NCBI GenBank assembly: GCA_035479295.1
Contig: DATIIV010000006.1
Span: 1-60,787 of the forward strand
From: Candidatus Saccharimonadia bacterium
GTDB taxonomy: Bacteria; Patescibacteriota; Saccharimonadia; UBA4664
DNA length: 60,787 nucleotides
Direction of reading: 5' to 3'
Under the pieces are notes generated by a model. That model saw only the letters and a program-made list of their open reading frames with translations, did no database searches and was not told where the DNA came from. Within the stretch, counting starts at the first letter, position 1, and each line of letters opens with the position of its first letter. Positions 16,955 through 27,251 of this stretch are shown here, piece after piece. The position numbers were made by a program, and so were the translations under genes.

Positions 16955-18238
16955 ATGACAAACAAAGCTAACATCCTAAAACGGGCTGCCGGAAGCACTT
17001 TTTTACGGCATAACGCGATCTACTTTGGCGGCGCCACTCTGGTGTCGTTCTTGAATTACCTCTACTACCCGGTGGTGAGCCGGCTGTTGGCACCGGCCGA
17101 GTTCGGCGAGGTGCAGGCCATCATCTCATTCTTTTTGCAGGCCGGGGTGTTCTTGCAAGTGCTCGGTCTGGTAACGATTGGGGTGATTAAGCGCTACGAG
17201 CACGGTCCGCAGCGGGCCGAGATTATCGCCGAGATCGAACGGCTGGCGCTCATGATCGGCTTGGTGCTGTTTGCGCTGGTGGTGGTAATGAGCCGGCCGC
17301 TGCAGGTATTTTTGAACTTCTCGTCGCTGGTGCCGTTTCTGCTGTTTGCGCTGTCGGTGCTCATCGGCATTCCGCTGGCCTTTAGTAATTCGTACCTGCA
17401 GGGGCATCAGCGGTTTGGTTGGCTGGCGCGGTCAAATATGCTGGCGGCTAGCAGCAAGCTGGTGCTATCGGTGGGGCTGCTGCTCGTGGGTCTGCGGGCG
17501 GCTGGTGCCGTGCTCGGTGTGGTGCTGTCACAAGTGGTGGCGCTGGGTTACTCGCTGTGGCGGGCGCGCCAGCTGGGCCGGCCGCGGTTGCAGTGGTGGG
17601 TGGGCCGGCCTCGGTTGGCGCTTATTCGGCCAGAGCTACGCTATGCTGGTCTGGTACTGGTAACGTCGCTGTGCGTTAACGTGTTGTTAAGCGTTGACAT
17701 CATCGCCGTTAAGCACTACTTTGACCCAGCTCAGGCCGGTCTCTACGCCGGTATCGCTACGGTGGCGCGCATCATCTTCTTTCTCACCGGCCCGCTGTCG
17801 GCGGTGCTCATCGCCTCGGTGGCGCTGGGTCAGCACGTGGAGAATCGCCGGCTACTGCTGCGCTCGGCCGGCCTGACGACGCTGCTGGGCGGCGGGGCGC
17901 TGGCAGCGTTCGCCTTGGCGCCCATGCTCATCGTACGGCTGCTCATCGGCGCCAAGTACCTGGCCTACGCCAACCTGCTGCCGCCACTCAGTCTAGCCAT
18001 CTTTCTGCTGTCGCTGGCCAACCTGCTGGTGTACTACTACGTGGCGCTGCGGCGCTACGCGGTGGCCGGTATTGCGGTGCTAAGTCTGGCGGGTACGAGC
18101 GTGCTGCTGGCTACTCAGCACCAGAGCCTGGCGGCGGTAGTGCAGAGTCTGTTGGAGGGAAGTTTCGGTTTACTACTACTGGTAATGCTGTTGGGCCTGT
18201 GGCGCCCGGTGGCTAAGGGGGAGATCCAACATGGCTGA
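16955..18238 (+). CDS. oligosaccharide/polysaccharide flippase (MOP/Wzx-like)
   Basis: 427 aa with about 12-14 hydrophobic segments. The N-terminus FLRHNAIYFGGATLVSFLNYLYYPVVSRLL is typical of polysaccharide biosynthesis proteins. First gene of the GT cluster. Confidence 0.75.
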   Translation: MTNKANILKRAAGSTFLRHNAIYFGGATLVSFLNYLYYPVVSRLLAPAEFGEVQAIISFFLQAGVFLQVLGLVTIGVIKRYEHGPQRAEIIAEIERLALMIGLVLFALVVVMSRPLQVFLNFSSLVPFLLFALSVLIGIPLAFSNSYLQGHQRFGWLARSNMLAASSKLVLSVGLLLVGLRAAGAVLGVVLSQVVALGYSLWRARQLGRPRLQWWVGRPRLALIRPELRYAGLVLVTSLCVNVLLSVDIIAVKHYFDPAQAGLYAGIATVARIIFFLTGPLSAVLIASVALGQHVENRRLLLRSAGLTTLLGGGALAAFALAPMLIVRLLIGAKYLAYANLLPPLSLAIFLLSLANLLVYYYVALRRYAVAGIAVLSLAGTSVLLATQHQSLAAVVQSLLEGSFGLLLLVMLLGLWRPVAKGEIQHG

Positions 18239-19181
18239 CCAGCCGTTAATATCAATCGTCGTGCCATGCTACAACGAGCAGGCCAACCTGCGGCCGTTTT
18301 ACGACGCCATGCAGCGCGTCATTAAGCCGCTGCCGTATGCATTTGAGTTTGTGTTTGTGGACGACGGCAGCGCCGATAAGACCAAGAAGGTACTGGCCAG
18401 CCTGGCGCGCAAGGACGAGGCGGTGCGCCCGGTCGAGTTGGTGCGCAACTTTGGCAAAGAGATCGCCGTTACGGCCGGGCTGCACCAGGCGCGGGGTGAC
18501 GCGGCCATCATTCTGGACGCCGACCTGCAGCACCCGCCGGAGCTCATCCCCGAGTTTCTCGATAAATGGCAGCGCCTGTCTGAAGTGGTGGTGGGTGTAC
18601 GCCTGCCTACTAAGCACCATACCAGCTGGCTCAAGCGCCTGGCCTCCAAGTGGTTCTACCGCATCATGGGCGCCATCTCCGATGTGGCCATCGTGCCCAA
18701 TGCTACCGACTATCGTCTGCTCGATCGGCTCGTGATCGATGAGTTTAATCGCTTTACCGAGCGCAACCGCATGACGCGCGGCCTGATCGACTGGCTGGGC
18801 TTTCGTCACGCCTATGTTTACTTTGAGCCGGCCAAGCGTCTCAACGGCGCGCCGGCTTACAGCTATCGCAAATTGTTGCGGTTGGCCATTCAGAGCTTCA
18901 TCTCGCTGAGCCTCTTTCCGCTTAAGCTGGCTGGTTACTTGGGGCTCATAATTACTATTGTGTCGTTGCCGCTGGGCATCTTCATTTACATCGAGAAGTA
19001 CATTATGAGCGACCCGATGCGGCTGCATATTACCGGCACAGCTACGCTGGGCGTGGTGCTGCTCTTTTTGGTCGGCATCATCTTGGTGTGCCTGGGGCTG
19101 ATGGCGCTGTACGTGGCTAATATTTATGGCGAGGTGGTCAATCGGCCGCTGTACGTGGTGCGCCGGGAGCGACGGTTTTGA
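18231..19181 (+). CDS. family 2 glycosyltransferase, polyprenol-phosphate sugar transferase-like (GtrB/Dpm1-like)
   Basis: ISIVVPCYNEQANL...FVDDGSADKT...DADLQHPPE plus two C-terminal TM helices. Overlaps the previous gene by 8 nt. Confidence 0.88.
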   Translation: MADQPLISIVVPCYNEQANLRPFYDAMQRVIKPLPYAFEFVFVDDGSADKTKKVLASLARKDEAVRPVELVRNFGKEIAVTAGLHQARGDAAIILDADLQHPPELIPEFLDKWQRLSEVVVGVRLPTKHHTSWLKRLASKWFYRIMGAISDVAIVPNATDYRLLDRLVIDEFNRFTERNRMTRGLIDWLGFRHAYVYFEPAKRLNGAPAYSYRKLLRLAIQSFISLSLFPLKLAGYLGLIITIVSLPLGIFIYIEKYIMSDPMRLHITGTATLGVVLLFLVGIILVCLGLMALYVANIYGEVVNRPLYVVRRERRF

Positions 19182-20317
19182 AGATACTCTGGTTAACCTG
19201 GAAGGATGGTGATAATCCGCTGGCCGGCGGCGCCGAGGTGGTCAACGAGGAGCTGGCCAAGCGGCTAGCGGCCGACGGCCACGAGGTCACCTTTGTGGTG
19301 GGCGGCTTTGCCGGTAGCGCTCATCGGGTGTCGCGTGACGGCTATCGGATCGTGCGCGTGGGCGGCCGCTTTACTACCTACTTGGCGGCCTGGGGTTATT
19401 ATCGGCGGCATCGGGCTAAGCTAAGTCCAGATCTCGTCATCGATGAGTGCAATACTATGCCGTACTTTTCGGCTTGGTATACAGGCAAACCCACCTTGCT
19501 CTTCTTTCATATGTTGTGTCGGCGAATCTGGTTTTACGAGTTTCCGCAGCCGCTCAGCACTATTGGGTGGCTGGTGGAGCCACTGTACTTGCGGCTGCTG
19601 CGCCGGGCACCGGTGGTGACCGTCTCGGAGTCGAGTAAGCGCGATCTGATGCGCCAGGGCTTTCGGGGCGGCGACATCCATGTGATCTCCGAGGGGATTG
19701 AACTGGCGCCGCTGACCTCGCTGGCCCAGGCTACCAAGTTTGAGCAGCCGACGCTGCTCTCGCTGGGCTCGATCCGGCCGATGAAGCGCACGCTCGACCA
19801 GATTACGGCCTTTGAGCTGGCCAAGCGCCGGCGGCCGGATCTGCGCCTGGTGGTGGCGGGCGCCCCCAGCGGCCGCTACGGCCAGGAGGTGTTGCGGCGC
19901 ATCGTCGCCAGCCCCTACGCCGCCGACATCGAGTACGCCGGCCGCGTCAGCCCCGCCGACAAGCTGCGCCTCATGTGCCGAGCCCACGCCATTCTGGTCA
20001 CCAGCGTCAAGGAGGGCTGGGGGCTCATCGTCACCGAGGCGGCTAGCCAGGGCACGCCGGCCATTGTGTACGACGTAGACGGCCTGCGCGACAGCGTGCG
20101 CCCCGGCCAGACCGGCCTCATTGCCGCCACCAACGCGCCGGCGGCTCTGGCCGACCGTATCATCGAGCTGCTGGCCGATCCGGCTCGCTACGATCAGCTG
20201 CGCGAGCAGGCCTGGGCCTGGAGTCACCAGATCACTTTTGATCGCAGCTACGCCGACTTCTGTGCCGTGCTCGATGGCTTGCCCTTGCCTCAAACTGAGC
20301 TGGCGGCGGATCGTTAG
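19178..20317 (+). CDS. family 4 (GT-B, group 1) glycosyltransferase
   Basis: 379 aa. The C-terminal half has the VTSVKEGWGLIVTEAASQGTPAIVYDVDGLRD (E-x7-E-like) motif. The start overlaps the previous stop (ATGA-type, 4 nt). Confidence 0.85.
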   Translation: MKILWLTWKDGDNPLAGGAEVVNEELAKRLAADGHEVTFVVGGFAGSAHRVSRDGYRIVRVGGRFTTYLAAWGYYRRHRAKLSPDLVIDECNTMPYFSAWYTGKPTLLFFHMLCRRIWFYEFPQPLSTIGWLVEPLYLRLLRRAPVVTVSESSKRDLMRQGFRGGDIHVISEGIELAPLTSLAQATKFEQPTLLSLGSIRPMKRTLDQITAFELAKRRRPDLRLVVAGAPSGRYGQEVLRRIVASPYAADIEYAGRVSPADKLRLMCRAHAILVTSVKEGWGLIVTEAASQGTPAIVYDVDGLRDSVRPGQTGLIAATNAPAALADRIIELLADPARYDQLREQAWAWSHQITFDRSYADFCAVLDGLPLPQTELAADR

Positions 20318-20464
20318 CATGCTATCTGCTATCCAGAATAAATCCCTAAAATATTCCGCTATTTGGCCAAAAGGTTTAGCGGTCTGCACAACCAAACCGC
20401 CGAGTGCATTTGCTAAGGTAGGTTGGCTGCCTACTGTCACGCTGTCTAAACGGGTCCTTGGCTT

Positions 20465-21292
20465 ATGAACCAACCACTCGTCTCTGTCATTGTTCCCACG
20501 CGCAACTCAGCACCGCTCCTGCGAGCCTGTCTCCAATCGATTGCTGATCAAACGTATCCTCACCTTGAACTCATCGTGGTGGATCGCGACTCGACCGACG
20601 ACACCAAGACGATCGCTCGACAATTTACCAAACACGTCTACAATCATGGTCCTGAGCGTTCGGCCCAGGTTAACTTTGGCGTCGAGCAGGCCACCGGCCA
20701 GTACGTCTATAAAGTTGACAGCGACTTTGTGCTTGAGCCCACGGTAGTGGCTGAGTGTGTGGCCAAGGCCGCCGAGGGTTACTCGGCCGTGGTGGTCCAC
20801 AATAGCCCCGATGTGCGCGTCAGCTGGATCGCCAAGGTGCGCAAATTTGAGGTCGACATGTACAAGTACGATCTGACGCACTCGTCGGCCCGGTTTGTGC
20901 GGCGCGATGTCTACCAGGCTATTGGTGGCTTTAACTCGGCCATTACCGCCGGCGAAGACTATGATTTTCAGAACAAGCTCAATCGCGGCGGCTACCGCAC
21001 CGGCTTTGTGGCGGCCGAGGCGCTGCACCTGGGCGAGCCCAAGCACTTCTGGTCGCACCTGCGCAAATACTACGACTACGGCCGCAACTTTGTGCACTAC
21101 CAAGCCGCCAACCAAGACGAGTCCAAGGAGCAGGTCTTTAGCTTTGGCCGCTCGGTTTATGTGCGCAACTGGCGCCGCTTCGTCCGCCGGCCGCTCATGG
21201 GCCTGGCCTTCATTGGCTACAATATCTGCAAGTATGGGGCGGGGGCGTTGGGGTATGCGCGGCAAAAGCTTGGACGGGTTGGGACTGCATGA
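20465..21292 (+). CDS. family 2 glycosyltransferase
   Basis: VSVIVPTRNSAPLL...LELIVVDRDSTDDT...KVDSDF, GT-A DxD-type motifs. Confidence 0.85.
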   Translation: MNQPLVSVIVPTRNSAPLLRACLQSIADQTYPHLELIVVDRDSTDDTKTIARQFTKHVYNHGPERSAQVNFGVEQATGQYVYKVDSDFVLEPTVVAECVAKAAEGYSAVVVHNSPDVRVSWIAKVRKFEVDMYKYDLTHSSARFVRRDVYQAIGGFNSAITAGEDYDFQNKLNRGGYRTGFVAAEALHLGEPKHFWSHLRKYYDYGRNFVHYQAANQDESKEQVFSFGRSVYVRNWRRFVRRPLMGLAFIGYNICKYGAGALGYARQKLGRVGTA

Positions 21293-22464
21293 CCGTCTAT
21301 CACCTTGAATTCGCCAAGACCGGCCACAACCTTAGCGGCGGGGAAGTCTGGATGACCGAAGTCATCAAGCAACTCCAGGCTAAGGGCCTCAAAAATGTGC
21401 TGTTGACCACCGACAACGCCAAACAAACGTATGAGCGCATTGGCCTAATCGAGAGTGACACGCTTACATATCAGATAATTGAGTCGTATCAGGGTGAGCA
21501 GAAGCTGCCGCTTATCGCTTCATACGTGGCTCGCACTCTTCAGGCTTGCGCGTTGGTCCGCACGCTAAAGCTAGATCAGGATGACATGATTATTTGCCAT
21601 TCTGACTTCTTTCCAAACTCAGTTCCATTTTATGTCTTGGCCAGGCAAGGAGGTACGGCGAAGTTGTTCTGCCTGTTCCATATGTTAGCTCCGGGGCTGT
21701 TTCGCGGATACGAAGGTCACTTTACCAATCGCTTCCAGCTGCCAAAGCTTACCATTCTGCACTATCGCCTCAACCAGCGGCTCTATCGCCAGATTCTCAG
21801 AAAGACGGGTGCGGCCGTCATCACAAATAATCAGTATTATGCTCAATTGCTGGAGCGTAGCCACTTGAAGGGCCGCATTAACGTACTTAAGCGTTTTGCT
21901 GGAGCCGAACAGCACGATTCGCAGCCCGCTAAGATCTACGACATTCTTTGGATGGGGCGGTTTCATCCCCAGAAAGGTCTCCTTGAGGTGCCGGCTATTT
22001 TAGAGCAAATCAAGCGCCAGGTGCCGGAGCTTAAGGTGCTTATTCTAGGCGGAGCGGCTGACGACGATCTTAAGCAGCGGTTTCTTGATGAGATCGCTCG
22101 CCGTGGCCTAACTCAGAATGTCGAGATGAAAGGGTTTGTGGTCGGCGAGGATAAATACCGTTATATCTGTCAATCAAAGGTGTTTTTAATGACAAGTTTT
22201 TATGAGAGTTTTGGCATGGTTAATTTAGAGGCGCTCAAGAATGGCGTTCCCGTGGTGGCCTACGATTTGCCCATCTACTCGGTCTTTAGCGGGGGCATGG
22301 TGAAGGTGCCGGTGCTCGATCGAGCGGCGATGGCCGAGCAGGCAGTTCGTTTGTTGAATCAAGCGTCCACCTACCAGCAAGTCAGCGCGGAAGCACGGGA
22401 GTTTGCCTCGAGTTTCTCGTGGCAGAATACGGGCGACGAAATTTACCGGTTGCTGCTAGCATGA
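21289..22464 (+). CDS. group 1 (GT-B) glycosyltransferase
   Basis: 391 aa. WMGRFHPQKG and LMTSFYESFGMVNLEALKNGVPVVAYD motifs. 4-nt overlap with the previous gene. GC drops from here. Confidence 0.8.
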   Translation: MTVYHLEFAKTGHNLSGGEVWMTEVIKQLQAKGLKNVLLTTDNAKQTYERIGLIESDTLTYQIIESYQGEQKLPLIASYVARTLQACALVRTLKLDQDDMIICHSDFFPNSVPFYVLARQGGTAKLFCLFHMLAPGLFRGYEGHFTNRFQLPKLTILHYRLNQRLYRQILRKTGAAVITNNQYYAQLLERSHLKGRINVLKRFAGAEQHDSQPAKIYDILWMGRFHPQKGLLEVPAILEQIKRQVPELKVLILGGAADDDLKQRFLDEIARRGLTQNVEMKGFVVGEDKYRYICQSKVFLMTSFYESFGMVNLEALKNGVPVVAYDLPIYSVFSGGMVKVPVLDRAAMAEQAVRLLNQASTYQQVSAEAREFASSFSWQNTGDEIYRLLLA

Positions 22465-23576
22465 ATAACCACCGCACCAAACCCAAAAGAGTGCTCTTGC
22501 TGGGGTCATATGGACGCGGCAATATCGGCGACGATGTCTTCTTAATTGCGGCCACCAAGTTGTTGGCAGGCTATGAAATCGCCATTAACGCCGCCACAGA
22601 TGGCTCGTTACCTGCGGAGGTCCAGGACAAAGTGCTGGTGCTGCGAACCGAAGACTCGAGCGACTGGCGACAAAAAGCAAAAGTACTTTTGCAGGCTAAA
22701 GCGATTATTTACGGCGGCGGAGACCTGTGGGTGGAGCTATTTGGCGATAAACGTCCACGGCAAGCGCTCTGGAAGATGTTCTTGCTCAACCTCGCCGCCC
22801 GCATGTTAGGCAAAAAGGTGCTTTATATTGGCTGCGGTGCCGGCAAACTGGAGGGCTTCTCGCTTACGCTGGCCAGGTTATCGGCGCACCTAGCTCATGG
22901 CATAATCTTGAGAGATGAGGTTACGCGCGAGGTGCTTGCCCTCAAAGATGTGCTCGTTTTGCCCGACCTAACCATAACCCTCTGCTCGGAGGCCCCAAAG
23001 CCGGCGCCCTTGCCATTACGCCACCCGATAAAGCTCGTTATATCGCTTCTCTACTATATTCCCGAGCCGGAGCGTAATTTTGAACCTTATATTCAGCGCA
23101 TAGCAGACTGCCTTAACCAGCTTGATTCTCGTAATCGGTTCGAGATAACACTCTTGCCCATGCTGACGGCCCGCAATACGCCTCATAATGACATCTGGGC
23201 TTCCGAGCGCCTCATGGAGCGATTGGCGCCCGGTCATCAAGTCAAGATCGCCGCGCCGACCAGTGTGGGACACTGCCAGCAGATACTATCCGACGCAGAC
23301 ATCATTATCGGCTCCCGGCTTCACGCTAATATCTTGGCAACTTGGGCGGCAAAGCCGTGTATTGGCGTGGCCTATCGGCCCAAAGTCGCGCGCTTCTTTG
23401 AGCGCAATAACCTGGACCAGAACTGTCTCGATCTAGATAACCTGGGTGCACTACCGGCAGTAATGTCTCGTCTTATTAGAAATTACGATCATGCCGCCCG
23501 CCAAGCCTATGCAGTGTGGGAAGAGAATGCCAAGCAGGGGAGAGCGTATGAAAGCTTTATTCAAACACATCTTTAA
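22461..23576 (+). CDS. polysaccharide pyruvyl transferase family protein
   Basis: Track ORF 22419..23576. Start set at ATG 22461 (ATGA overlap with the upstream stop). LLLGSYGRGNIGDD near the N-terminus and IIGSRLHANI near the C-terminus match PS_pyruv_trans-type proteins. Confidence 0.7.
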   Translation: MNNHRTKPKRVLLLGSYGRGNIGDDVFLIAATKLLAGYEIAINAATDGSLPAEVQDKVLVLRTEDSSDWRQKAKVLLQAKAIIYGGGDLWVELFGDKRPRQALWKMFLLNLAARMLGKKVLYIGCGAGKLEGFSLTLARLSAHLAHGIILRDEVTREVLALKDVLVLPDLTITLCSEAPKPAPLPLRHPIKLVISLLYYIPEPERNFEPYIQRIADCLNQLDSRNRFEITLLPMLTARNTPHNDIWASERLMERLAPGHQVKIAAPTSVGHCQQILSDADIIIGSRLHANILATWAAKPCIGVAYRPKVARFFERNNLDQNCLDLDNLGALPAVMSRLIRNYDHAARQAYAVWEENAKQGRAYESFIQTHL

Positions 23577-26500
23577 TCGCTTAAGAGCGGATGATTGGCA
23601 GTCGCTCCTTATTCGCCTCGCCGCTATTGGTGTTATTGTTGCGCTCCTGGTGCTGCCATACTTCTTATTTGGCACCCGAATGCACGCCGAGGGCGACGAC
23701 TCTCACTTGTATTTTCACTACCCAGAGTTATGGATAAAAAATATCGCCAATAGCTCCTGGATGAGCTTCTCCTCGGCCGGCAAGCAGGATGAGCACTTCT
23801 TTTTGTTGCCTATCCTGTATCTATTTTGGGGCATTAAGCAACTGGGCATACCTACCTTCGTAATTCAAAACTTGAGCTTCTCGGCTATCTTTATCCTCGG
23901 TTTCGTCTTCTTCCAGAAGCTGGTGCGAGAGCTGCTTCCAAACAATAAAGACTACCGCGTAGAACTGCTGTTTGGGGCTCTCATGTACATCTTCTCGCCC
24001 ATAATTTTAATTGCACCACTTCGGTCGTATTTGGCACCTATCTGGCTGATTGGGGCCTTGCCACTTATGGTGTATTTGCTGGTGCGGTATATAAAAACCA
24101 ACCGCCCCATCTATCTCGCCATTAGCGGCCTATGCGCTGTTGTCCTTTCGGTGGCCCTAAACGCCTTGCCATGGCTATTGGGCTGTGTGCTGCCGGTAGC
24201 AGTAGGCGGTGCGGCCTTATCGGTGCTAACGTCCGGCGTCGAAAAGAGAACCTTCTTTAAGCGAACTGGCTACTGGTTGCTCGTAGTCGGCCTCTGCCAA
24301 GCCTTTTGGCTGACATCGTTTGCTGTTAGCTTGAGCGGTAGCAACTCCTTGGGCGGGCGCATATTTAACGATGATGTGAAGCAGTCGTTTAGCCGGACGG
24401 TAATAACGACCGATCGAGGCAACACGGTTATCGATCCATTGCTGAATCTGTTCCATCGCGAGATTCAGCGCGACTTTAACTGGACCTCATACACCACGTA
24501 TGTTAACTGGTATAACCATCTCATTCCGTTGACCTCAGTTTATATCGTTATTCTGCTGCTGGGAGTATTATTTGCTGGGCGTTTCGGCAGCCGAGTCTAC
24601 TGGTTTCTTTTTAGCTCATTCTTAGTGGCTTTATTCTTGTTCACCGTCCACATTGGCTGGCTCGAGAACCTGTTTCTGCTGGCTGGAGGGGTGCCTGGAT
24701 TTGCCATGTTCCGCAACTTCTATAACAAGTTTGCACTTGGCTATGTTCTGCTTTACGCCTCAATTATTACGTTCTCACTCATATATATTAAACAGGGTTT
24801 AAAACAGAGATACTTCGTCATTCCGTTGTATGTGGCGGGCTTCTTGGCTATCGCGCTGAATGCTCGGCCCTTCTTTACCGGCGAGATCATTAACGCTAAT
24901 TTGCAGGATACGCCTCATGTTCAGCGCAATCTTCATATGCCTCAAGAGTACCTGGATTTTATGCAGCAGTTAGGCAAAATGGTGCCATCGAACTCTAACG
25001 TCTTTGATGTGCCGTTTGGCACGTCGGCGTATACCATTATTCCGGAGACGGGCTCAGACCATGCTTATTCCGGTAAATCGCCGGTTAAGCTGTTCAGCGG
25101 TATAAGCGATTTTAGCGGCAATCTCTCCTTCCCTCCGGCCATCGCTCGTCAAGTTAACGCTGCCATTATGCAGCGCGATTACGTTAAGCTGCGCCATCTG
25201 CTTAGCTCGTTGCATATTAACTACATCTTCGAGACCAAGAACATTCCGGCTGAGCTCATTCAGTCATCGTTATTTGATGATCGGGTACTTATTAAGACGG
25301 ATGCCGAGTTTCGTCAGCAACTCTACGGGCAGAAGCTCTTAACCAGCGCGGATGGAAATTACGTCTTATACAGTCTCAAGCAGACTCAGGAGGCGTTGCC
25401 AGCTGATAGTTTTGTAGCAGCTACTACCGCCTATGCGGTTTCGCCTCCGCTTCTAGATGCAAACGGCAATATGTTGTCTGGGTCGCTTGGCTACTTTTTA
25501 GATGTGGCGCATATAGGCCTAAAAGAGGGCGCCCAGGGCAGTCAATTAGCGGACGCCAAGGTTAAGCCGTTCACCCTGGGTGACGCTATCGCCGATGCCG
25601 CCAAGAGCACTATCGAGGTGCCGCATAATAATCTATATCAGGTAGTTAGCAGCGACTTAACTGGCGTCTTAGGCCTTCAAAACTTGGCTAAGGCCACGTA
25701 CACTCATGATCAGATTCCGCCGCAAACCGTCTCGGTGGGCCAGCTGTCGCCCGATAATCTCATTCAAATAAATAATGAGTTTTATCCTCCATCTAAGCTA
25801 AACGGAGCTGTTATTAGCGATACAGACAATATTACCGTCTTGCAAAAGAGCGGCGAGCTAACAGGAGGCACCACGAATGTTTACCAGCACTGGGTGCCCG
25901 GCGACTGTACGGCCGAGGATAAAGGCAAACTGGTGGCGGTGGCTCATGATGTGGCCGCCGATGTCATTACTCTGACCGCCAAGAAGGATCATAATGCTTG
26001 TCTTTTCTCGGACATGCCAACTAAGGTTTCGGCGAGTTACGTGGTGAGCTTTGAGTACAACACCAATATGACCGGGGCCTCGCTGGGCATTACGCAGCGC
26101 GACAAGCTGACCGACGCAAATAGAACGATTGGCTCGCCGTTTCAGGCTGGTCCGTCTAATCAGTGGAACTCATTTAGCTATACCTTTAGCGCCCAGGATG
26201 GTACCGCTCGTATCTACTTATTCTCTGGCCGGAGTCCGCAGCAGGCAGTAACGAGTTTTCGTAATATTCAGATCAGTGAGTACGACCCTACTCGGACCGT
26301 TTCCCTTGCTAATAGTGGCTTCTCCGATCCAGAGGTCGGCGAATACTCGGCTGCAGCGATGAACTCTGCGCCTGTGTCGGCTACTAATGTGCCGGTTCCG
26401 CCCCTATCCGAGTGGCGCCAAGGAGATTGTAATGCTCTCGATGATAGCTTAACCACAGACTTTACTCACTTGGACGATGGTATTCAGCTGAGCGCTAAGG

Positions 26501-27249
26501 ATGGCCACAACGCCTGCATTCGGTTGGTGACCGATATAGATACTAACTACTCCTATACAATGGGTTTCGATTATTATGCAACTGGCTCGAGTGGTGCCTT
26601 TAAGATGGCCTATATCAATGACCCTGGCTTTCCACTAACAAAGTATTCTGAGCCGGAAGTGCAAAACAGCTGGCATCATGTCACGATTAACCCTTCTTCT
26701 CCGGACGGGGCTAAGCGACTGACTCTTTACTTGTACTCAGGGACGAATAGTAAGGGTACGGCTCAGATAAAATATCGCAACCTTACCATCAAGCGAGCAC
26801 CAAAAACGTTCTCTGAGAACCTGATTGTGACGCAGGCTGCAGCCGCTCATACCCCGCCTACGGTTAGCAGTACCGAGATTGCACCTCACTTATATAACGT
26901 TAAGGTAGCCGCGGCTAAGTCGGGCTTCTTCCTCAATTTTTTAGAGCCGTATCATGCGGGCTGGCAGCTTTCCGTGGTTAGCGGCAAGCGTGCTAATTCA
27001 GTTATGCCTCATGTGACCGCTAATGTGCAGACCAACGCTTGGTACATTGACGTTAATACCCTCTGCAAAGAGCAGAAGCGTTGTGCGCAGAACCCAGATG
27101 GCTCGTACAATATTGAGCTAACGGCTACCTTTACGCCCGAGAAGTACTTTTATGTTGGACTTGGCCTAAGCGCACTGGCTGTGCTGAGCTGCATTGGTTA
27201 TCTCGTCTGGTGTTGGCGTCGAAAGCACTGGTTGCTAAGGCTATTTTAG
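23548..27249 (+). CDS. very large integral membrane protein: N-terminal GT-C-like polytopic domain plus two CBM-like modules plus a C-terminal TM anchor
   Basis: Track ORF 23491..27249. Start set at MKALFKHIF (23548), preceded by GGGGAGAG. About 12 or more TM segments in the first 480 aa or so. A large soluble region has a duplicated module. Terminal TM is LGLSALAVLSCIGYLVWCW. The architecture recalls AftD-like arabinofuranosyltransferases (inference only). Confidence 0.8.
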   Translation: MKALFKHIFNRLRADDWQSLLIRLAAIGVIVALLVLPYFLFGTRMHAEGDDSHLYFHYPELWIKNIANSSWMSFSSAGKQDEHFFLLPILYLFWGIKQLGIPTFVIQNLSFSAIFILGFVFFQKLVRELLPNNKDYRVELLFGALMYIFSPIILIAPLRSYLAPIWLIGALPLMVYLLVRYIKTNRPIYLAISGLCAVVLSVALNALPWLLGCVLPVAVGGAALSVLTSGVEKRTFFKRTGYWLLVVGLCQAFWLTSFAVSLSGSNSLGGRIFNDDVKQSFSRTVITTDRGNTVIDPLLNLFHREIQRDFNWTSYTTYVNWYNHLIPLTSVYIVILLLGVLFAGRFGSRVYWFLFSSFLVALFLFTVHIGWLENLFLLAGGVPGFAMFRNFYNKFALGYVLLYASIITFSLIYIKQGLKQRYFVIPLYVAGFLAIALNARPFFTGEIINANLQDTPHVQRNLHMPQEYLDFMQQLGKMVPSNSNVFDVPFGTSAYTIIPETGSDHAYSGKSPVKLFSGISDFSGNLSFPPAIARQVNAAIMQRDYVKLRHLLSSLHINYIFETKNIPAELIQSSLFDDRVLIKTDAEFRQQLYGQKLLTSADGNYVLYSLKQTQEALPADSFVAATTAYAVSPPLLDANGNMLSGSLGYFLDVAHIGLKEGAQGSQLADAKVKPFTLGDAIADAAKSTIEVPHNNLYQVVSSDLTGVLGLQNLAKATYTHDQIPPQTVSVGQLSPDNLIQINNEFYPPSKLNGAVISDTDNITVLQKSGELTGGTTNVYQHWVPGDCTAEDKGKLVAVAHDVAADVITLTAKKDHNACLFSDMPTKVSASYVVSFEYNTNMTGASLGITQRDKLTDANRTIGSPFQAGPSNQWNSFSYTFSAQDGTARIYLFSGRSPQQAVTSFRNIQISEYDPTRTVSLANSGFSDPEVGEYSAAAMNSAPVSATNVPVPPLSEWRQGDCNALDDSLTTDFTHLDDGIQLSAKDGHNACIRLVTDIDTNYSYTMGFDYYATGSSGAFKMAYINDPGFPLTKYSEPEVQNSWHHVTINPSSPDGAKRLTLYLYSGTNSKGTAQIKYRNLTIKRAPKTFSENLIVTQAAAAHTPPTVSSTEIAPHLYNVKVAAAKSGFFLNFLEPYHAGWQLSVVSGKRANSVMPHVTANVQTNAWYIDVNTLCKEQKRCAQNPDGSYNIELTATFTPEKYFYVGLGLSALAVLSCIGYLVWCWRRKHWLLRLF
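25891..26805 (+). repeat. two paralogous modules of about 132 aa (carbohydrate-binding-module-like) inside the giant membrane protein
   Basis: Module 1 (25891-26289) reads WVPGDCTAEDKG...ITLTAKKDHNACLF...YLFSGRS...FRNIQISEY. Module 2 (26413-26805) reads WRQGDCNALDDS...IQLSAKDGHNACIR...YLYSGTN...YRNLTIKRA. Confidence 0.7.
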
Positions 27250-27251
27250 GC

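Noticed and set aside
18252-21265. Long minus-strand ORFs (18252..19028, 19421..20473, 20507..21265) opposite the glycosyltransferase genes.
   Set aside because: These are typical high-GC antisense shadow ORFs. Their products are Arg/Gly/Pro/Ala-rich junk with no motifs. The plus-strand genes carry clear GT2/GT4 motifs and operon-style overlaps.
22419-27251. N-terminal extensions of track ORFs (22419-22460, 23491-23547, 27210-27251). The same applies to 34138-34251, 37216-37332, 41214-41300, 50540-50608, 52090-52119 and 58327-58371.
   Set aside because: The extensions overlap the upstream gene or contain promoter or hairpin elements. Internal starts have SDs, ATGA-type coupling or a leaderless -10 box at the right distance.
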